Below are positions 57,738 to 64,000 of a stretch of DNA of 64,000 bases, one piece after another. Where the stretch lies: contig NIVC01000884.1 in NCBI GenBank assembly GCA_002269645.1, forward strand, positions 310,001-374,000, written 5' to 3'. The notes below the pieces were generated by a model. It saw only the letters and a program-made list of their open reading frames with translations. It did no database searches and was not told the origin of the DNA. Numbering within the stretch: the first letter of the stretch is position 1; each line of letters starts with the position of its first letter. The stretch is from Macrostomum lignano (taxonomy: Eukaryota). Made by a program: the position numbers and the translations under genes.

Positions 57738-60700
57738 TATTTAGCTAGCTTAAAACCTTGAAAAACCATGGCGAGAGGTGGGCAATGGGGGGTGTTAAGC
57801 TGTTTTTAGTATGAGGGCAGAAGTCCTTGTCAGAGGCGAGTTACGGAGATAATTTAAGATGGAAACACTACAAATAGTAAGAGAGAACAAGATAAAAGTG
57901 CAGAGAAGCGTAGGAAATTAAAAAAAAATATTACGGGGTAAATTTCGATCAAATATGGCCTTTATCAAGTAAGCTATTAAATTTCAGACAGTTTTTGAGC
58001 AATGGGTTAACGATAACTGTGAGTGCCTGTGTACACAGTATTGACGCACTTGTATGTGCTCAGGAGCCAGCAGAATGGGCAGAATCGCCTCACAGCCCTG
58101 GTTGTGGGACCGACGTCGCCGAAGGCGTTGCGCCAGGATGCTCACAAGACGCTTGCAATTAATATTGAAGCATTAGTTGAAAATCACTAATTGTCCACCA
58201 CACTGCCACCAAAAAATCTAGGCCACAGAAGAAGTCAGAAAGAGGAGATTAACAGAGAAACAGATAACAACGTAGACGGATATGAAGTGCATTAAAAAAC
58301 TTTGGTAGAAATTCTGCAACACGTTATTAATTTTCATCACAAAATATAGAATTATCCTCGATAAATGAAGGCAAAGATAAGCACGGTTCTTTAAGCACTA
58401 CAATAGTGTAGCTCCCCAACTGAGTTTTCATGTTTAACAGTGCAAATTGTATTTCTGCTTTTCCTTGGGTATAAAAGGCTCTCTAAACGAATTTTCTTTG
58501 AAGATTCTGCACATATCAGTAGATAGAGATAAAACTGCGCAACCAATAAACTTATTGAACTACAGAGCAGCAACTGCAGCTTAATTTAGAGGGGTAATGC
58601 AACTTTATTATTTTTAATAATCTCACTCAAAAAAATCTAAAAATCTCAAGAGTTCTAAATCTTATAGCATGCTACTTATTTAGTAGCATATAAGAAACTA
58701 AGCATAATCCTTCGGATGTTTCCTTTTCAACAACTCCCTAAGGGTAGACGCTTTACAATAAATAAAATTATTGCAGTCAACTTACCGCGCGAAAAGTGAG
58801 CGCGAATCAGAGCAGGCAGAGAGGGGGAGAGGGGGGATAGGAAGGTCGGTTTTTTTAGCAGACTTTAAACGACGGGCGCAGCGCCAATATCGCCGAGTAT
58901 TTTTAAACATTCTGTCTAGCCATCGAGACGGTGGTAGGAACTGTGATGGAAAAGCCGAGACGAAGGAATTAGCAACTGTCGCTGAACGCACTCGATCCGC
59001 CTCTCTCCCCACTCTCTCTTTGCTCTCGGGTGTGCCACTGACTCGACAGTCGGGGGGATTAACTCTTAGCATTAACTTATAACGATGAGGCGGCTGGGCT
59101 GTAGTAGTGTAGTAGGTGTGAGGGTGCAAACTATTGTGGCGAGCTGAGAGCTGCAGGCTGAAGCGCTGAGCTGAGCTTTAATTAGCTGTGTCGAGAGGTT
59201 CATTTTTGCTGCTTTTACTGCTGCTGCTGTGCTGCAAGCTGAGCTGCTGTTAGAAGATTTTTGCTGCTTTGCTGCTGCTGCGCTATTGCTTGTTGCATAA
59301 GGCGACACATTAGACGAATCTCTTCTTGCCGCATTCGAAGAAAAAAGACAGCGCGGGCATACAAAATAGCATGCAATATGAAAATAAAAGCAGGTAAACG
59401 CGTACAAAAATCTACTGAAATGCAGATGTAAATAAAGAATGACTACAGTTTTCTATACAGTATTTTATGTACAATATAATGATAATCAAGCGCGGATATG
59501 AAAGACTATAACAAACACATAAAACGCCGAAATATAACCCTATGAAAATGGTATCTGGGCCAAGAAGCGTTGCATGACTTGCAACCATGCTTGGGCGCAA
59601 CCCAGGGACTCACCCTGCCGTTTCTACTGGCAACACACACATGTAAGTCGCTATTGGACGGAATAGTAGTCACGTGACTGCTCTCAGCCAATAGTGACTT
59701 ACATGTGTGTGTTGCCACTAGAAACGGCCGGGCGACTCCCAAGGTTGCGCATGCATGCTTGCAACTCTTAGACGACTCTTAAAACCGAAACGTCTTGATA
59801 AAAGTGGCCAAAAAGACCGTCAGAGTCGCCTAAGAGTCAATTTGAGGCGTTTTATTGTTGGCGACTTTAAAACTACTTTGGAGCAGCGCAAGCGACTTTT
59901 AGGCGCTTTCATAATGAGTCTATGAATTCATCACTATGCGTCACTATGAATTCAGAATCGCATTTCACATTGATGACAACTCTATTTAGTCTACTTGAGT
60001 TGATAGAAAGTTAATAAACGACTCTTAAAACAAATTTTCAACTCTCTTACGATTTTTGCAACTCACGTGATGCGCTCGTGACTCAACAGTTGCCTGTACA
60101 GTAGTTTGAGTCATTTAGAAAAGTATAAATGTATATAATACAAATAAACGCCAATAAGAAAAGCCTGAAAAATAAGCGAATAATCTCGCTGACGTGTTTC
60201 TCTGCCTGACAAGTTTATTCGTTAAAATTTTCATTTTCCGATGCCACTGATAGTCTTGGACCCTCTTCCGGAGAGATTTGGTCTTCTGCCTTCTCGCTTA
60301 ACGACTGGGACGCAGATTGTTGAAAGCATAAATATATATATATATATTTCTAAGAAATATTAATACATCAGAATATGTACTTAAATCGATACTGCTTATC
60401 TAACATTGAATTATCAAGTTCACTTTGTACTATATATAATTTTTCTTACTAATATGATTTAAAGTTAAAAGCAAAATCTCCCGACTGGTTCGATCAAACA
60501 AATAGTAAAAATGGATTTATATTTATTTCATTCATCAACTCATTAGCCAGGCGTGTATCTATATAGCTCACATGACTATATTTCCACTATAATAATAGTG
60601 CGTAGTGTAATGAAACAGTTGGACACAGGTGACCAAACGGTCAAGTCAGGATGACAATTTGTTGATTATATAAGCAACATTATTCTTATTTTAAAATGCA

Positions 60701-60859
60701 ATTTCAACAAGCTAGCGTGGGCAGTTACACATACTGATCAGGTGATCAGGTATTTCAAATTCAACTTAAAATACTAAAACTTTAACGAATGGCTCTCCAT
60801 AACAAGGCATTAGCACAATTTTAGGACCATGAAGATCTTTACTAGCGTCCTTCAGTTCT

Positions 60860-62165
60860 TCAATGAGCCCCTTAAGGTCCTTTAATGAGCTCATTCCGGC
60901 CCTTTAATAATCTCCCTCAGGTCCTTCAATGAGCTCCTTCAGGTCCTTTAATAATCTCCCTCAGGTCCTTCAATGAGCTCCCTCAGGCCCTTTAATAATC
61001 TCCCTCAGGTCCTTCAATGAGCTCCTTCAGGTCCTTTAATAATCTCCCTCAGGTCCTTCAATGAGCTCCCTCAGGCTCTTAATAATCTCCCTCAGGTCCT
61101 TTAATGATCTGCCTCAGGTCCTTCAATGAGCTCCCTCAGGTCCTTCAATGATCTCCCTCAGGTCCTTTAATAATCTCCCTCAGGTCCTTTAATGATCTCC
61201 CTCAGGTCCTTCAATGAGTTCCCTCAGGTCCTTTAATAATCTCCCTCAGGTCCTTTAATGAGCTCCCTCAGGTTCTTTAATGATCTCCCTCAGGTCCTTC
61301 AATGAGTTCCCTCAGGTCCTTTAATAATCTCCCTCAGGTCCTTTAATGAGCTCCCTCAGGTTCTTTAATGAGCTCCCTCAGGTCCTTCAATGAGCTCCCT
61401 CAGGTTATATGATAATGAGCTCCCTCAGGTCCTTCAATGAGCTCCCTCAGGTTATATGATAATGAGCTCCCTCAGGTCCTTCAATGAGCTCTCTCAGGTT
61501 ATATGATAATGAGCTCCCTCAGGTCCTTCAATGAGCTCCCTCAGGTTATATGATAATGAGCTCCCTCAGGTCCTTCAATGAGCTCTCTCAGGTTATATGA
61601 TAATGAGCTACCTCAGGTCCTTCAATGAGCTCCCTCAGGTTATATGATAATGAGCTCCCTCAGGTCCTTCAATGAGCTCCCTCAGGTTATATGATAATGA
61701 GCTCCCTCAGGTCCTTCAATGAGCTCTCTCAGGTTATATGATAATGAGCTCCCTCAGGTCCTTCAATGAGCTCCCTCAGGTTATATGATAATGAGCTCCC
61801 TCAGGTCCTTCAATGAGCTCTCTCAGGTTATATGATAATGAGCTCCCTCAGGTCCTTCAATGAGCTCCCTCAGGTTATATGATAATGAGCTCCCTCAGGT
61901 CCTTCAATGAGCTCCCTCAGGTTATATGATAATGAGCTCCCTCAGGTCCTTCAATGAGCTCTCTCAGGTTATATGATAATGAGCTACCTCAGGTCCTTCA
62001 ATGAGCTCCTCAGGTTATATGATAATGAGCTCCCTCAGGTCCTTCAATGAGCTCCCTCAGGTTATATGATAATGAGCTCCCTCAGGTCCTTCAATGAGCT
62101 CCCTCAGGTTATATGATAATGAGCTCCCTCAGGTCCTTCAATGAGCTCCCTCAGGTTATATGATA
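60860..62165. repeat. 22-bp minisatellite GAGCTCCCTCAGGTCCTTCAAT turning into a 47-bp (22+25) dimer
   Basis: Direct reading. Confidence 0.96.
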
Positions 62166-62193
62166 AGAAACGTCCCTTTCCAAGCGAACAACT

Positions 62194-63756
62194 TTAGCTT
62201 TGACTGTCCGATCGATGCCGACCAACAACGCTAGCCTGTCGAAACCGCTCCAACAGCGGCTTGGCAACTCTGGACACGGTCGGTTCCAGCTTCATCAGAC
62301 ACACTAATAAACCAATTTTGCGTTGATTATCAAACGATTTCGCGTCGTTAAGTACAAACGGTAAATCGTAGTTCTGCAAAGCTTTAGCGTCCGAATCGTG
62401 TATAGCCGTGCGCAGTCTGAGCAGATGCAAGCAACGCTCAAACTGTTCAGTTTGCAGTAGGAATACGATTAATCCGGCAGTTTTCTGCTTTAACACTAGG
62501 TGCAATACTAGGCCGCCGAAATGGCGAGTAGCCTGCAGCTCGGCGTAGGCCTTGGCATCGTCGACGGCTTCGTAGACTCGGTCGCGAATTCGAACGTACT
62601 GCGGATCGTTTGGCTCGAACTGGACAGTGGCCCGGTCCAATACGTAGGCATACTTGCGCAACTCTGGCGACAAAAGGCGCTCAAGATTTTTCGGCACGGC
62701 AAACATGCTGGGCACTACGGTGCGACGGTGCGGCAGCGGGAAGTAGGTCTGCGGGTTTTGAGATGTCCATCTTTATCGTTGACTCTTTACTGACTATTCT
62801 TGACTACTGACTGTGTCTACTGACTCTGACTGACTCTCTGTGTTTACTGACTCTCTGTGTCTACTGACTCCCTGTGTCTACTGACTCTCTGTGTCTACTG
62901 ACTCTCTGTGTCTACTGACTCTCTGTGTCTACTGACTCTCTGTGTCTACTGACTCCCTGTGTCTACTGACTCTCTGTGTCTACTGACTCCCTGTGTCTAC
63001 TGACTCTCTGTGTCTACTGACTCTCTGTGTCTACTGACTCTCTGTGTCTACTGACTCCCTGTGTCTACTGACTCCCTGTGTCTACTGACTCTCTGTGACC
63101 ACTGACTCTCTGTGTCTACTGCTCTGTGTCTACTGACTCTCTGTGACTACTGACTCTCTGTGTCTACTGACTCTCTGTGTCTACTGACTCTCTGTGTCTA
63201 CTGACTGTGTCTACTGACTCTCTGTGACTACTGACAGTGTCTACTGACTCTCTGTGTCTACTGACTCTCTGTGTCTGCTGACTCTCTGTGTCTACTGACT
63301 CTCTGTGTCTACTGACAGTGTCTACTGACTCTCTGTGTCTGCTGACTCTCTGTGTCTACTGACTCTCTGTGTCTACTGACAGTGTCTACTGACTCTCTGT
63401 GTCTACTGACTCTCTGTGTCTACTGACTCTCTGTGACTACTGACTGTGTCTACTGACTCTCTGTGTCTACTGACTCTCTGTGACTACTGACTGTGTCTAC
63501 TGACTCTCTGTGACTACTGACTCTAAATCAAAGAGTTTACGAGTTTACTAACCTGCAATAAATCCCGTCTCTCGCTGCGCATCGGGGACCGCAATTGGCC
63601 GTTGCTCTCGCGAATAGCCATAAATCGATCCTGGGGAGCCACCTTGTCTTTGATGCCAATATCGACTACTACGATTTTTTGTCCAGGTGGGAGGCAGTTG
63701 GCCAGCCTATCGGAGTCGTCTTGCAGTACGCGAGTGTCTGATTTTTCTTTCCAAGT
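62194..63756 (-). CDS. MRPS22: Mitochondrial ribosomal protein S22 (mS22), 5'-partial; exons 63756-63553 and 62748-62194
   Basis: VVVDIG..QDRFMAIRESNGQLR..ERRDLLQ|TYFP..TVQFEPNDPQYVRIRDRVYEAVD..AELQATRHFGGLVLHLV corresponds to the MRPS22 motifs ERFIVVREPSGTLR, VYFP, QFEPDS and LRSTRYFGGMV. GT-AG phase 0. Confidence 0.9.
62805..63525 (-). repeat. 17-bp GTGTCTACTGACTCTCT satellite, same family as 1-6671 and 7268-8083, in an MRPS22 intron
   Basis: Identical unit. Confidence 0.96.
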
Positions 63757-63814
63757 CTGCAGTGATGGAAGTTTGATATTGGTTGTTTTATTGAAGATTT
63801 ACTCGGAGATTAGA

Positions 63815-64000
63815 GCATGACTCTCCCAGTGATTAGGGCATGACTTTCCCAGTGATTAGGGCATGACTTTCCCAGTGATTAGGGCATGACTCTCCCAGTG
63901 ATTAGGGCATGACTTTCCCAGTGATTAGGGCATGACTCTCCCAGTGATTAGGGCATGACTCTCCTAGTGATTAGGGCATGACTCTCCCAGTGATTAGGGC
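63815..64000. repeat. 23-bp minisatellite GCATGACTCTCCCAGTGATTAGG (MRPS22 upstream intron)
   Basis: Period 23; runs off the window end. Confidence 0.95.

Noticed and set aside
58771-59407. ORFs between SRSF7 and MRPS22
   Set aside because: Low-complexity Ala/Ser sequence with no motifs; more likely 5' UTR or promoter of SRSF7.
63815-64000. Telomeric repeat
   Set aside because: TTAGGG occurs once per 23-bp unit, not as tandem hexamers, and it lies in an MRPS22 intron.

Overview
Eukaryotic (animal) genomic DNA, not prokaryotic: GC-rich spliced exons, and introns filled with many unrelated mini- and microsatellites. The style (minisatellite-stuffed introns, poly-Q/poly-A exons) suggests a Macrostomum-like flatworm; this is inference only. 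Ten protein-coding genes can be rebuilt exon by exon with frame-consistent splice sites. These are a Syd-1/SYDE-type C2+RhoGAP gene (+, 5' part not found), UNC119 (-) head-to-head with DNM1L/Drp1 (+), and a co-oriented minus-strand run of MRPS22 (5' part outside the window), two SRSF7/9G8-like SR genes, MED31, MED8, MRPS7 and METTL14. DNM1L intron 1 holds an intact mariner (D,D34D) transposon, and a tRNA-headed SINE-like element occurs in three copies. The most striking observation is that two Mediator subunit genes, MED31 and MED8, overlap by 41 nt on the same strand in different frames, with no poly(A) signal seen between them. This suggests a bicistronic, frameshift-fusion or alternatively spliced Mediator locus. 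Most long ORFs in the supplied track are repeat artefacts.
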